Positions 38,900 through 47,676 of a stretch of 64,000 nt of DNA are shown piece by piece. Each line of letters opens with the position of its first letter. Position 1 is the stretch's first letter. The notes below the pieces were generated by a model. The model did no database searches, had not been told where the DNA came from, and was given only the letters and a program-made list of their open reading frames with translations. The translations under genes and the position numbers were made by a program. This DNA comes from Bacillota bacterium (lineage in GTDB: Bacteria > Bacillota > Sulfobacillia > JAIMAT01): contig JASBVM010000005.1 of assembly GCA_029961055.1 (NCBI GenBank), positions 65,487 through 129,486 on the forward strand. The letters run 5' to 3'.

Positions 38900-39625
38900 A
38901 TGCCCGTCATGCCCGTGATCGCACCGTCGGTCCTGTCCGCGGACCTCTCCCGCCTGGCCGACTTTGCCGCGCGGATGGAGGCGGCGGGAGCCGGCCGGCT
39001 CCACCTGGACGTCATGGACGGCCACTTCGTCCCCAACCTCACCTTCGGCCCCCCGGTGGCGGAGTCGCTCCGCCGCCACTCCCGGCTGCCCTTCGACGTC
39101 CACCTGATGGTGGAGGAGCCCGAGGCGTGGATCGACCCCTTTCTGGGGGCGCGGCCGGCGACGCTGGTGGTCCACGCGGAGGCGAGCCGCCACCTGCACA
39201 AGCTGCTGGCGACGATCCGCGCGCGCGGCTTCAGGGCCGGGCTGGCCCTCAACCCTGCCACCGGCACGGAGGCGGTCCGCTGGCTCTGGCCGCTCCTGGA
39301 CCAGATCCTGGTCATGAGCGTCAATCCGGGTCGCGGCGGGCAACGCTTCCTGCCGCTGGCGCTGGAGAAGCTCCGCCTCCTGGCACGGGAGGCGCCACCC
39401 GGCTGGAGGGGCGAGCTGGCGGTGGACGGGGGCATCGGCGAGGAGACGGCCGAGGAGGCGGTGGCGGCGGGCGCCGAAGTGCTGGTGGCCGGCGCCTCCC
39501 TGGCGCGGGCGGAGGATCCGGGCGCGGCCTTCCAGCGGCTGCGGGCGCTGGCGGAGCGGGCGGCCCGGGGGGCGAGGGGCCGGGCGCCCGGCTCGGGGGA
39601 GGCGGGCCGGGGCGGAATAGCCTAG
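38900..39625 (+). CDS. rpe: Ribulose-phosphate 3-epimerase
   Basis: IAPSVLSADLSRL, HLDVMDGHFVPNLTFGP and DVHLMV. ATG at 38900 (or 38909). Confidence 0.9.
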   Translation: MPVMPVIAPSVLSADLSRLADFAARMEAAGAGRLHLDVMDGHFVPNLTFGPPVAESLRRHSRLPFDVHLMVEEPEAWIDPFLGARPATLVVHAEASRHLHKLLATIRARGFRAGLALNPATGTEAVRWLWPLLDQILVMSVNPGRGGQRFLPLALEKLRLLAREAPPGWRGELAVDGGIGEETAEEAVAAGAEVLVAGASLARAEDPGAAFQRLRALAERAARGARGRAPGSGEAGRGGIA

Positions 39626-39645
39626 AACGTGCGCCGGCGGACGGC

Positions 39646-40929
39646 ATGGAAGGGGGTGAGGCGGTGCTCTACCTGAGCCAGCTCCTGGGGAGCCGGGTGT
39701 ACGCGCGCGAGTCGGAGGGCTCCATGGTGCTGGGGCGGCTGGAGGACGTGGTGATCCAGGCGGGGCAGTCGAACCCGGTGGCGCGCGGCTTCATCCTGCG
39801 GGGCAGGCGCGGCGACGCCTTCTGGGTGCCCAGCGGGCAGCTGGCGCCCGCCGCCGACGGGCGGCTGGTGGTCAGCTCGCCCCAGCGGTCGATCCGGCTC
39901 TTCCTGCCCGAGGCGCGGACCATCCGGCTGGGGTTGGACGTCCTGGACAAGCAGGTGATCGACATCATGGGCCGGAAGGTGGTCCGCGTCAACGACGTCC
40001 AGGTGAACTGGGTGGGGGAGACGCTCCGCATCGTCGCCGTCGACGTGGGCTGGAGCGGCTTCCTCCAGAGGCTCGGGCTGGGCTGGCTGACCGGACTGCT
40101 GCGCCGGCTGGGGCTGGCCGGGCGGGAGCGCCTGATCCCCTGGGCGCTGGTGGAGCCGCTGGGCTCTCCCTCCTCGCCGCTCAAGCTCGCCATCGCCTGG
40201 AACAAGCTGCGGGGCTACCACCCGGCCGACCTGGCCGCGCTCCTGCCCGACCTCGACCCGGAGGAGCAGGTGGCGCTCCTCCGCTCCATGGAGCTCCGGG
40301 ACGCGGCGGAGGTGATCTCGCGCATCGAGGAGCCGCCGCTTCGCCGTTCGATCCTGGAGCGGCTTCCGACCGGCCTCGCCTCCGACATCCTGGAGCAGAT
40401 GGCGCCGGACGACGCCGCCGACGTGCTGGCCGAACTGCCCCAGGACGATCAGGAGGCGATCGTGGGCGGGATGGAGCGGGCGGAGCGGACGGACGTGGAG
40501 CGGCTGATGCGCTTCGGACCGCACTCGGCGGGCGGTCTGATGACCACCGACTTCATCGCCTTTCCCCAGCGGCTGACGGCCCAGGAGGCGATCGACCGCC
40601 TGCGGGTCCTCGCCCCGGACGCCGAGACCATCTACTACCTCTACGTAGTCTCCGAGGAGGGCCGGCTGGTGGGGACACTCTCCCTCCGCGACCTGATCGT
40701 CGCGCCGCCCGATCGCCCGCTGGACGCGATCATGCACCGGCGTGTGGTCTCGGTCCCCCTGGAGGCGGACGAGGAGACGGTGGTGGACGTGATGGCCCGC
40801 TACGACTTCCTGGCGCTGCCCGTGGTCGACGAGCAGCATCGCCTCCAGGGGATCATCACCTACGACGACGTCATGGACGTGGTGCTGGAGCGGGGCGGGT
40901 GGAAGAGGCGGCTGCGCGCCCGCGACTGA
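39646..40929 (+). CDS. Soluble PRC-barrel / MgtE-N / CBS-pair domain protein (MgtE-like cytoplasmic module without a channel domain)
   Basis: Two PRC-barrel-like segments, an MgtE_N-like helical region (DLAALLPDLDPEEQVALLRSMELRDAAEVISRIEE...), then a tandem CBS pair (LMTTDFIAFPQRLTAQEAIDRL...; IMHRRVVSVPLEADEETVVDVMARYDFLALPVVDEQHRLQGIITYDDV). There are no TM helices. Confidence 0.65.
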   Translation: MEGGEAVLYLSQLLGSRVYARESEGSMVLGRLEDVVIQAGQSNPVARGFILRGRRGDAFWVPSGQLAPAADGRLVVSSPQRSIRLFLPEARTIRLGLDVLDKQVIDIMGRKVVRVNDVQVNWVGETLRIVAVDVGWSGFLQRLGLGWLTGLLRRLGLAGRERLIPWALVEPLGSPSSPLKLAIAWNKLRGYHPADLAALLPDLDPEEQVALLRSMELRDAAEVISRIEEPPLRRSILERLPTGLASDILEQMAPDDAADVLAELPQDDQEAIVGGMERAERTDVERLMRFGPHSAGGLMTTDFIAFPQRLTAQEAIDRLRVLAPDAETIYYLYVVSEEGRLVGTLSLRDLIVAPPDRPLDAIMHRRVVSVPLEADEETVVDVMARYDFLALPVVDEQHRLQGIITYDDVMDVVLERGGWKRRLRARD

Positions 40930-41078
40930 GGACCGCGATGCGACGGGCCGGCGGGTCTCCTCGGGTCCGGTCCCGTGCGGCCCGCCCGCGAGCGCGGGCC
41001 GGAAGGAACCCGGCCGAGGCCGTGCGACATAGAGTGGACTCCGCCCCGCCCTGCGGGCCGGAGGAAGGAGGTTGCCCA

Positions 41079-41144
41079 GTGCGGTTCATCGTGATCCGGC
41101 TGCCGGCCTGGCTGCGCCCGCTGTTGCGCCGGCTGGCGGGCTGA
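41079..41144 (+). CDS. spoVM: SpoVM-like 21-aa sporulation micro-protein (amphipathic helix)
   Basis: Strong SD GGAGGAAGGAGG 7 nt upstream of GTG 41079. Product VRFIVIRLPAWLRPLLRRLAG, compared with B. subtilis SpoVM MKFYTIKLPKFLGGIVRAMLGSFRKD. It sits immediately upstream of convergent rpmB, which is the spoVM position in Bacillus. Confidence 0.55.
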   Translation: MRFIVIRLPAWLRPLLRRLAG

Positions 41145-41159
41145 ACCGGCCGCGGCGGC

Positions 41160-41188
41160 TGGCGGGGCGCCCCCCTGGCGCCCCGCGG
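41160..41188. terminator. GC-rich hairpin between convergent spoVM and rpmB (putative bidirectional terminator)
   Basis: GCGGGGCGCC-ccccct-GGCGCCCCGC inverted repeat; no T tract (high-GC genome). Confidence 0.35.
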
Positions 41189-41278
41189 CCGGCGGGCGCG
41201 CCGACCGGACGTCGAACGGAGGAAGCGAGCCTGCGACGGGGCTCCGCGCGGAGCTCCCGGTCCTTCGCCAGGCCTTCG

Positions 41279-41494
41279 CTAGACCGCGCGCCGAACCCGG
41301 CCCGAGCGGAGGCAACGGGTGCAGACGCGCAGCCTCCTCCTCCCCTCCGCGGTCTCGACGCTCACCCTCTGCAGGTTGGGGCGCCAGACCCGGTTCCCCT
41401 TCCGGTTGGAGTGGCTGACCGAATGTCCGAAGGCCACCTCGCGACCGCAGAGTTCGCATCGCCTGGACACTGCCACCGCATCCTCTCGATCCAA
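41279..41494 (-). CDS. rpmB: 50S ribosomal protein L28
   Basis: ...VSRRCELCGREVAFGHSVSHSNRKGNRVWRPNLQRVSVETAEGRRRLRVCTRCLRSGRV matches L28 (MSRKCEICGK...SHSN.KT.R.W.PNLQ...RVCTRCLKSG). The probable true start is the GTG at 41470, giving MSRRCELCG. Confidence 0.85.
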   Translation of the reverse strand: MDREDAVAVSRRCELCGREVAFGHSVSHSNRKGNRVWRPNLQRVSVETAEGRRRLRVCTRCLRSGRVRRAV

Positions 41495-41657
41495 GGCTGG
41501 AAACAGGCACCCCGCATGCTACCATCCCGGCGCCGCGGGCCGCAACCGGGCCGGGGCCGTGGACCGGCCCGCCGGCTGGGCCTGTGCTATCATTTCTGCG
41601 TCGCTCTGCGTCGCCGGCCGGCCGCGTGCCGGCCCCAGGAAAGGATCGGTGAGCCGG

Positions 41658-42038
41658 ATGGGCCGCGAGATCGAGACGGCGCTCGGCACGGTGGAGATCA
41701 GCGAGGACGCGATCGCCATGTTGGCGGGGCACGCGCTGCAGCAGTGCTACGGCGTCACCGGGGTGGCCAGCCGCGGGCTGGAGGGGCTGGCCGGCGCCCT
41801 GGGGCTCGGCTCGCCCGGCCGCGGCATCTCCGTCCACCTGAGCGCGGAGCGGCTGACCCTCGACGTCGCCGTCGTCGTCGGCTTCGGCACCCGCATCTCG
41901 GAGGTCGCCCAGAACGCGCGCGAGCAGATCCGCTATAGCGTCGAGCAGGCGACGGGACTCAAGGTGGACCAGGTGAACATCGAGGTGGCGGATATCCAGC
42001 TCGACCGCCAGGAGCGTGGCGGGAGAGGCCGGCGCTGA
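41658..42038 (+). CDS. Asp23/Gls24-family alkaline shock protein (YloU-like)
   Basis: MGREIETALGTVEISEDAIAMLAGHALQQCYGVTGV...GISVHLSAERLTLDVAVVVGFGTRISEVAQNAREQIRYSVEQATGLKVDQVNIEV. Confidence 0.8.
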   Translation: MGREIETALGTVEISEDAIAMLAGHALQQCYGVTGVASRGLEGLAGALGLGSPGRGISVHLSAERLTLDVAVVVGFGTRISEVAQNAREQIRYSVEQATGLKVDQVNIEVADIQLDRQERGGRGRR

Positions 42039-42054
42039 GCGCGGGGGGATCGCC

Positions 42055-43770
42055 TTGGAAGTGCGCGAGTTGAACGGGCGGGGACTGCTGGCGGCCACCG
42101 AGGCCGCGGCGGAGCGGCTGGCTCTGCACGAAGCCGAAGTCAACGCGCTCAACGTCTTCCCGGTGCCGGACGGCGACACGGGCAACAACATGAGCCAGAC
42201 GATCCAGAACGCGCTGCGCGAGGCCCAACGGTCCGGGAGTTCCCTGGGCGAGGTGGCCCGGGCCCTGGCCCAGGGGGCGCTGATGGGCGCGCGCGGCAAC
42301 TCCGGCGTCATCCTCTCGCAGCTTCTGCGCGGCTTCGCCGATGGGCTCCGGGGGATGGAGAGGGCGGGGCCCCAGCAGGTGGCGGCCGCCATGCGCCGCG
42401 GCGTGGAGACGGCCTACCGGGCGGTGATGAAGCCGGTCGAGGGAACGATCCTGACGGTCGCCCGGCGCGCCGCCGAGGCCGCGGAGGAAGCCGCGCGCCA
42501 GGGGGCCGGGCTCTCCCGCCTCCTCAGCCGCGCCCTGGAGGCGGCGCGGCAGGCGCTGGCCGAGACACCGCGGATGCTGGAGGTGCTGCGGCACGCAGGC
42601 GTCGTCGACTCCGGCGGGCAGGGCTTGGTCTACCTGCTGGAGGGCGCCAGCGAGAGGATCGGGACGGGCGGCGGGCTGGGGGTGGCCTCGCCACCCTCGG
42701 GCGCGGCGGCGCAGGCCGTGCCGGCCGCCGCCCTTCCCGCGGCGGAGGAGTCCGGGCAGGCCGAGAGGGCTGGTGGAGCCGGCCTTGCGGCCTACCGCGA
42801 GGAAGCGGTCCGCCAGATGGAGCACCCGTACGAGACGGAGTTCTTCCTGGTGGCCGCGGCGGGGCCCGATTTCCCGCGCTGGCGGCGGGAGCTGGCGGCC
42901 ATGGGCTCGAGCCTGGTGGTGGTGGAGGGGGAGCGGATGGCCCGCGTCCACATCCACACCGCGGACCCGGGCCGGGTGCTCAGCTGGGCGGTCCGACAGG
43001 GGGAGTTGCGTGACGTCAGCGTCGTCAACCTCCGCCTGCAGAGCGAGACGTACGCCCAGACCGCGGCCGGGGAGCGGGCGGCGGAGGCGGGCGAGCGTCC
43101 CGCTCCCGTGCCGGCGGTGGCGGTGGTGGCCGTCGTCCAGGGGGAGGGCATGGAGAGGGTCTACCGCTCGCTGGGAGCCCGCCGCCTCGTCCGCGCCGGT
43201 GCCACCTTCAACCCCAGCACCGAGGAGATCCTGGAGGCGATCCGCTCCGTGCCGGAGGAGGCGGTGATCGTCCTGCCCAACCACCGGAACGTCCGGATGG
43301 CGGCGGAGCAGGCGGCTCGCCTGGCCGTCGGCCGCCGCGTGGAGGTGGTTCCCACCGCGGACATGGCCCAGGGGATCGCGGCGCTGATGAACTTCGTGCC
43401 CGACCAGGGCCTCGAGGCGAGCCTCTCCGCGATGCGGGAGGCGCTGGCCTCGGTGCGCACGGGCATGGTGACCCGGGCGGTGCGGGAGGCGACGCTGGAC
43501 GGCGTCGAGGTGCGGGAGGGCGAATTCCTGGCGCTGCACGGGAACGAGCTGGTCCACGCCGGTCCGGACCTGGAGGAGACGACCCTGGCGCTGGTCGAGC
43601 GGCTGGCGGGCGAAGACGCCCGTCTGATCACCCTCATCTACGGCGAAGGGGTGGACGAGGGCCGGGCGAAGGCTCTGGCCCGGCAGGTGGAGCAGGCGGT
43701 GCCGGCCTGCGAAGTCCAGGTGGAGCGCGGCGACCAGCCCCTCTACCCCTACCTGGTCGCCGCGGAGTAA
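42055..43770 (+). CDS. DAK2-domain protein YloV family (DhaL-like N-terminus plus DegV/EDD-like C-terminus)
   Basis: FPVPDGDTGNNMSQT, GARGNSGVILSQLLRG and DSGGQG. Follows asp23 as yloU-yloV does in Bacillus. TTG/GTG start near 42055-42061. Confidence 0.8.
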   Translation: MEVRELNGRGLLAATEAAAERLALHEAEVNALNVFPVPDGDTGNNMSQTIQNALREAQRSGSSLGEVARALAQGALMGARGNSGVILSQLLRGFADGLRGMERAGPQQVAAAMRRGVETAYRAVMKPVEGTILTVARRAAEAAEEAARQGAGLSRLLSRALEAARQALAETPRMLEVLRHAGVVDSGGQGLVYLLEGASERIGTGGGLGVASPPSGAAAQAVPAAALPAAEESGQAERAGGAGLAAYREEAVRQMEHPYETEFFLVAAAGPDFPRWRRELAAMGSSLVVVEGERMARVHIHTADPGRVLSWAVRQGELRDVSVVNLRLQSETYAQTAAGERAAEAGERPAPVPAVAVVAVVQGEGMERVYRSLGARRLVRAGATFNPSTEEILEAIRSVPEEAVIVLPNHRNVRMAAEQAARLAVGRRVEVVPTADMAQGIAALMNFVPDQGLEASLSAMREALASVRTGMVTRAVREATLDGVEVREGEFLALHGNELVHAGPDLEETTLALVERLAGEDARLITLIYGEGVDEGRAKALARQVEQAVPACEVQVERGDQPLYPYLVAAE

Positions 43771-43796
43771 GCGCCGGAGCGAGCCTGCGGACCGCC

Positions 43797-46235
43797 ATGG
43801 AGACGGCTACCGATCAGGTGGCTCGCGAGCTGCGGGCCATCCTGCGCCAGGAAGAACGGGACGGCTTCCGCGACCGGACGGTGGTGGGCGGCGTCGCCGC
43901 CTACGTGGAGAGACGACTGGAACCCCTGCGGCGCCAGGCCCACACGGACGACGACGGGGCCGGTGGCCTGGCGGCTTGGCTGGCCGAGGTCAGCCGGCTC
44001 CTGCGGACTTACGCCGAGGCGCCGCCGGAGCGGCGGCCGGCCCTGGCCCGGGCGCTCCGGGCACGGCTCGGGACGGGGTCCGACCTCGAGCGCGGGCCTG
44101 GATCCGGACCTGGAACCGGGTCCGGGCGCGGGGAGAAACCCTCGCCCGCCGATCCGGTCACGCGCCTGCGCGGCGTGGGCGGCCGGCAGGCGGCAGCCCT
44201 GGCGCGCCTGGAGATCCGGACCGTGGCCGACCTGCTCTTCCACCTCCCCCTGCGGTACGAAGACTGGCGCCAGCCCGTGCCCGTCGCCCGCCTGGAGAGC
44301 GGCCGGGAGCAGCTGGTGCTGGGCGAGGTGGTGGCGGTCCGCCGCTGGCAGGCCCGCCGGGGGATGGAGCTGGTGGACGCGGTCCTGCGGGACGGGAGCG
44401 GGACGCTCGTCCTCCGCTGGTTCAACCAGCCCTTCCGCGAGCGGCAGCTTCCCCCGGGTGCCCGCCTGGCCGCCTTCGGCCGGGTGGAGCAGTTCCGCGG
44501 CCGCTGGCTGATGCAGAGTCCTGACGTGGAGCCGGCGGACGAGGCGGGCGGCCGGCTGGGCCGGCTGGTGCCCGTCTATCCCGCCGGGCAGGGTCTCTCC
44601 CAGGGACTCCTGCGGCAATGGTGCCGGCAGGCGGTGGAGGGATCCGCGGACGAGACGGGGGCCGTGCCGGAGGAGGTCCGCCGGCGCCAGGGCTTCCTGG
44701 CGCAGGGCGAAGCCTGGCGCGCCGTCCACCTGCCGCGGTCGCCGGAAGAGGCGGAGCTGGGCCGGCGGAGCCTCGCCTTCGAGGAGCTCTGGCTCCTGGA
44801 GCTGGGCATCGGCCTCCTCCGCCGGCGGGCGCGGGAGGGGCTGCCGGGCGTTCGCCACCGGCCGGACGGCCGGCGGGTGCGCGCCTTCCGGGAGGGGCTC
44901 CCCTACCGGCTGACCGCCGGTCAGGAGCAGGCCTGGCGCGAGATCGAGGCGGACATGGAGGGGCCGCTCAGCATGAACCGGCTCCTCCAGGGCGACGTGG
45001 GCGCGGGAAAGACGGTGCTGGCGGCGATGACGCTGTTGAAGAGCGTCGACTCCGGCTACCAGGGCGCCCTGATGGCCCCGACCGAGATCCTGGCGGAGCA
45101 GCACTGGCTCCTCCTGGCGCCGCGCTTCGCCCGGCTGGGCGTGGAGGTGGGGCTCCTGCGCGGCGGCCTCTCCCCCGGCGAGCGGGCCGAACTCCTGGAT
45201 CGGCTGGCCCGGGGCCGGCTCCCGGTGGTGGTGGGGACGCACGCCCTGCTCGAGGAGGACGTCCGCTTCGCCCGCCTGGGCGCCGTGGTGATCGACGAGC
45301 AGCACCGCTTCGGCGTGGAGCAGCGGGCGGCGCTCCAGCAGAAGGCGGCGCGGCTGGGGGTCCGGCCGGACGTCCTGGTGATGACGGCCACGCCCATCCC
45401 GCGGACGCTGGCGCTCACCCTCTACGGCGACCTGGACCTCTCGGTGCTGCGCGAGCTGCCGCCGGGCAGGAAGCCCGTCCGGACCCGGCTCTTCCCTCCC
45501 TCGGCGCGGGAGGAGGCGTACCGGCGGCTGGAGCGCCACCTGCGCGCGGGCCACCGGGCCTACGTGGTCTGCCCGCGCATCGGCGAGGGCGTCGAGGAGG
45601 AAGGGGAGGAGCAAGAGAGCGGGGTCGCGGCGGCCGCGCCCGGCGTGACCGCGCTCGCCCGCGAGCTGGAGCGCCGCCATCCGGAATGGCGGGTCGGCCT
45701 GCTCCACGGCCGCCTTCCTGTGCGGGAGAAGGCGGCGGTGATGGAGGCCTTCTCCCGCGGCCAGATCCAGGTGCTGGTGGCCACCACGGTGGTGGAGGTG
45801 GGCCTGGATGTGCCGGAGGCGACGGTCATCCTGATCGAGGGCGCCGACCTCTTCGGGCTGGCGCAGCTCCACCAGCTGCGGGGGCGGGTGGGCCGCGGCC
45901 GGGTCGCCTCGGAGTGCCTCCTGGTCGCCTCCCGCGAGGGCGGCCAGGGCTGGGAGCGCCTCCAGGTGCTGGCCGAGACCGGTGACGGCTTCGCGCTGGC
46001 CGAGGCGGACCTCGCCCTGCGGGGGCCGGGCGAGTTCCTGGGCCGGCGACAGCACGGGCTGCCGCAGTTGCGGGCGGCCGACCCGGCCGGAGACCGGGAG
46101 CTCCTGGAGTCGGCCCGGGCGGAGAGCGAGCGGCTCCTGGCCGGCGACCCGCGCCTGGAGCGACCGGAACACCGCTTTCTCCGCCGGGAGCTGGTGCGCC
46201 GCTTTCCCCAGCTCGACCTCTTCTTCACCGGGTAG
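43797..46235 (+). CDS. recG: ATP-dependent DNA helicase RecG
   Basis: 812 aa. Wedge domain, Walker A GDVGAGKTVLAAMT, DEQHRFGV, and the TRG motif region. Confidence 0.95.
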   Translation: METATDQVARELRAILRQEERDGFRDRTVVGGVAAYVERRLEPLRRQAHTDDDGAGGLAAWLAEVSRLLRTYAEAPPERRPALARALRARLGTGSDLERGPGSGPGTGSGRGEKPSPADPVTRLRGVGGRQAAALARLEIRTVADLLFHLPLRYEDWRQPVPVARLESGREQLVLGEVVAVRRWQARRGMELVDAVLRDGSGTLVLRWFNQPFRERQLPPGARLAAFGRVEQFRGRWLMQSPDVEPADEAGGRLGRLVPVYPAGQGLSQGLLRQWCRQAVEGSADETGAVPEEVRRRQGFLAQGEAWRAVHLPRSPEEAELGRRSLAFEELWLLELGIGLLRRRAREGLPGVRHRPDGRRVRAFREGLPYRLTAGQEQAWREIEADMEGPLSMNRLLQGDVGAGKTVLAAMTLLKSVDSGYQGALMAPTEILAEQHWLLLAPRFARLGVEVGLLRGGLSPGERAELLDRLARGRLPVVVGTHALLEEDVRFARLGAVVIDEQHRFGVEQRAALQQKAARLGVRPDVLVMTATPIPRTLALTLYGDLDLSVLRELPPGRKPVRTRLFPPSAREEAYRRLERHLRAGHRAYVVCPRIGEGVEEEGEEQESGVAAAAPGVTALARELERRHPEWRVGLLHGRLPVREKAAVMEAFSRGQIQVLVATTVVEVGLDVPEATVILIEGADLFGLAQLHQLRGRVGRGRVASECLLVASREGGQGWERLQVLAETGDGFALAEADLALRGPGEFLGRRQHGLPQLRAADPAGDRELLESARAESERLLAGDPRLERPEHRFLRRELVRRFPQLDLFFTG

Positions 46236-46246
46236 GAGCCGGCGGG

Positions 46247-46281
46247 ACGGGGAGGGCCGCCCCACCCCGGGGCGGCCCTCC
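46247..46281. terminator. GC-rich perfect hairpin between convergent recG and the lipoprotein gene
   Basis: GGGGAGGGCCGCCCC-acccc-GGGGCGGCCCTCCCC. Confidence 0.5.
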
Positions 46282-46320
46282 CCCTCGGTCCGTTCGCGGG
46301 TTCCGGCGCACCCGGGCGGA

Positions 46321-47526
46321 TCAGCGGATCACCGCCGGGTCGACGAAGTAGACGTGCTGGCTCCAGAAGAACTGGCCCATGGTCGGGTCGTAGGAAGGCC
46401 GGTTGGGCTCCTGGTCATAGAAGCGCTGCCAGCCGTTCCCCGTCTGGTCGGCGGGGAAGGCACCGGCCAACGCCACCACGCGCCCCTTGCGGTCGGTCAT
46501 CACCTCGATGCCGGGTCCCTTGTGACCCCAGTGCTGCCCCATGCCCAGCATATAGGGACCCATTTTCTGGAGCCGGCCCAACTGCGGGTTGTACCGGAGC
46601 AGGGTGGAGAGGCTGGACAACCCGTAGGTGGCTCCGGCCGTCCCGGTGACGCTGGCGGTGTTCGGCCAGGCGGTGCCCGGTACCCCCGGGGGCGGTGGCG
46701 TCCCCGGCATCCAGCCCGTCCGGGTCCCCGGGGCGGTACCCGTCCGCCCGGGGGCGGCTGTGCCCGGACCTGTGATGCCCACGCTCCCGGGACCCGCCGT
46801 ACCCGGAGCGGTGGGGCCCGTCGTCCCGGGACCCGCCGGCCCGGTGACGGTCCCGGTGGTGCCGGTGGTTCCTCCCGTGGTGCCGGGCGCGCCGGGACGG
46901 GTGGCGGTTCCGGGGGTGGTCGCGGACCGCCCGCCGGGCGGGACCAGGTAGAGCGTCTGGGTGGTCCACCCGTTGCCTGCTCCGATCCCGGGGACGGCAC
47001 CCGTGGTGCCACCCGCGGTGCCGGCCCCCGTGGGGGTTCCCGTCGCGCCCGTCCCCGTCGTCCCGCCTCCGGGGGTGCCCGCCGCGCCGCCGCCGTCGTA
47101 CCAGGGTTGGCGGCCCGCGGAAGCCGGGATGCGTGCCCGCACCCCGATCACGTTGCCGGCGCGATCGACCAGGAACTGGAGGGAGGGCACGTCCTTCGTC
47201 TTGGGCGTATAGATGCGGGCGGCCCGGGGGTCGTCGCTGGGCTGGGCGACGTAGTCGGCCAGCTTGGAGTTGGCTTGTACCAGCGTGCTCCAGGCGACCG
47301 GCCGGCTGAGCGAAGCGGGATCGAAGACGCTGGCCGGGAGCATGACCGTTCCCCTCGTCCCTCCCGGCACCAGTTGCGCCCTCCCGGTCTGGGCGGGACC
47401 CGGCGGGTTGGTCCGGCGGGCGGTCCCGCCGGGGGTTGTGCAGGCCGAGGCGGCCAGCGCTCCTGCGAGCAGGAGGACCGGGAGCCCCCAAGCTCCTCGA
47501 CGGATCTTGCCTCTCACGGCTTCCAC
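46321..47526 (-). CDS. Secreted protein/lipoprotein with a central Gly/Thr/Pro-rich low-complexity linker; flanking domains of unknown function
   Basis: Signal peptide with lipobox-like LAGALAASAC. The N-terminal domain is about 120 aa and the C-terminal domain about 110 aa (...GQHWGHKGPGIEVMTDRKGRVVALAG...). They are separated by about 180 aa of GTTG/PG repeats. Confidence 0.5.
   Translation of the reverse strand: MEAVRGKIRRGAWGLPVLLLAGALAASACTTPGGTARRTNPPGPAQTGRAQLVPGGTRGTVMLPASVFDPASLSRPVAWSTLVQANSKLADYVAQPSDDPRAARIYTPKTKDVPSLQFLVDRAGNVIGVRARIPASAGRQPWYDGGGAAGTPGGGTTGTGATGTPTGAGTAGGTTGAVPGIGAGNGWTTQTLYLVPPGGRSATTPGTATRPGAPGTTGGTTGTTGTVTGPAGPGTTGPTAPGTAGPGSVGITGPGTAAPGRTGTAPGTRTGWMPGTPPPPGVPGTAWPNTASVTGTAGATYGLSSLSTLLRYNPQLGRLQKMGPYMLGMGQHWGHKGPGIEVMTDRKGRVVALAGAFPADQTGNGWQRFYDQEPNRPSYDPTMGQFFWSQHVYFVDPAVIR
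46620..47110 (-). repeat. Low-complexity coding repeat (GGN/ACN/CCN codon runs encoding a G/T/P linker)
   Basis: Tandem degenerate repeats of ggtgcc/ggtacc/cccggg hexamers throughout this interval. Confidence 0.4.
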
Positions 47527-47676
47527 TCCCCTCCGGCCCGGTCGGCACGGATTGGGAGCCTTCCGGGCGGCACTTCGTTCGAATGCCGCGGCCTAGTATT
47601 CCCGGAAGACGATCCCGTGATCGGCGAACGGTTCGGTCGAAGGTCCTCAGGGCGCGGCCGGACCGGTCCACGCCGC

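Noticed and set aside
40860-42392. 510-aa minus-strand ORF covering spoVM, rpmB, asp23 and the yloV start
   Set aside because: Only the 41279-41494 segment, in a different minus-strand frame, encodes a real protein (L28). The rest is antisense to asp23 and yloV.
43749-46265. 838-aa minus-strand ORF opposite recG
   Set aside because: Antisense artefact with no motifs; recG on the + strand is unambiguous.
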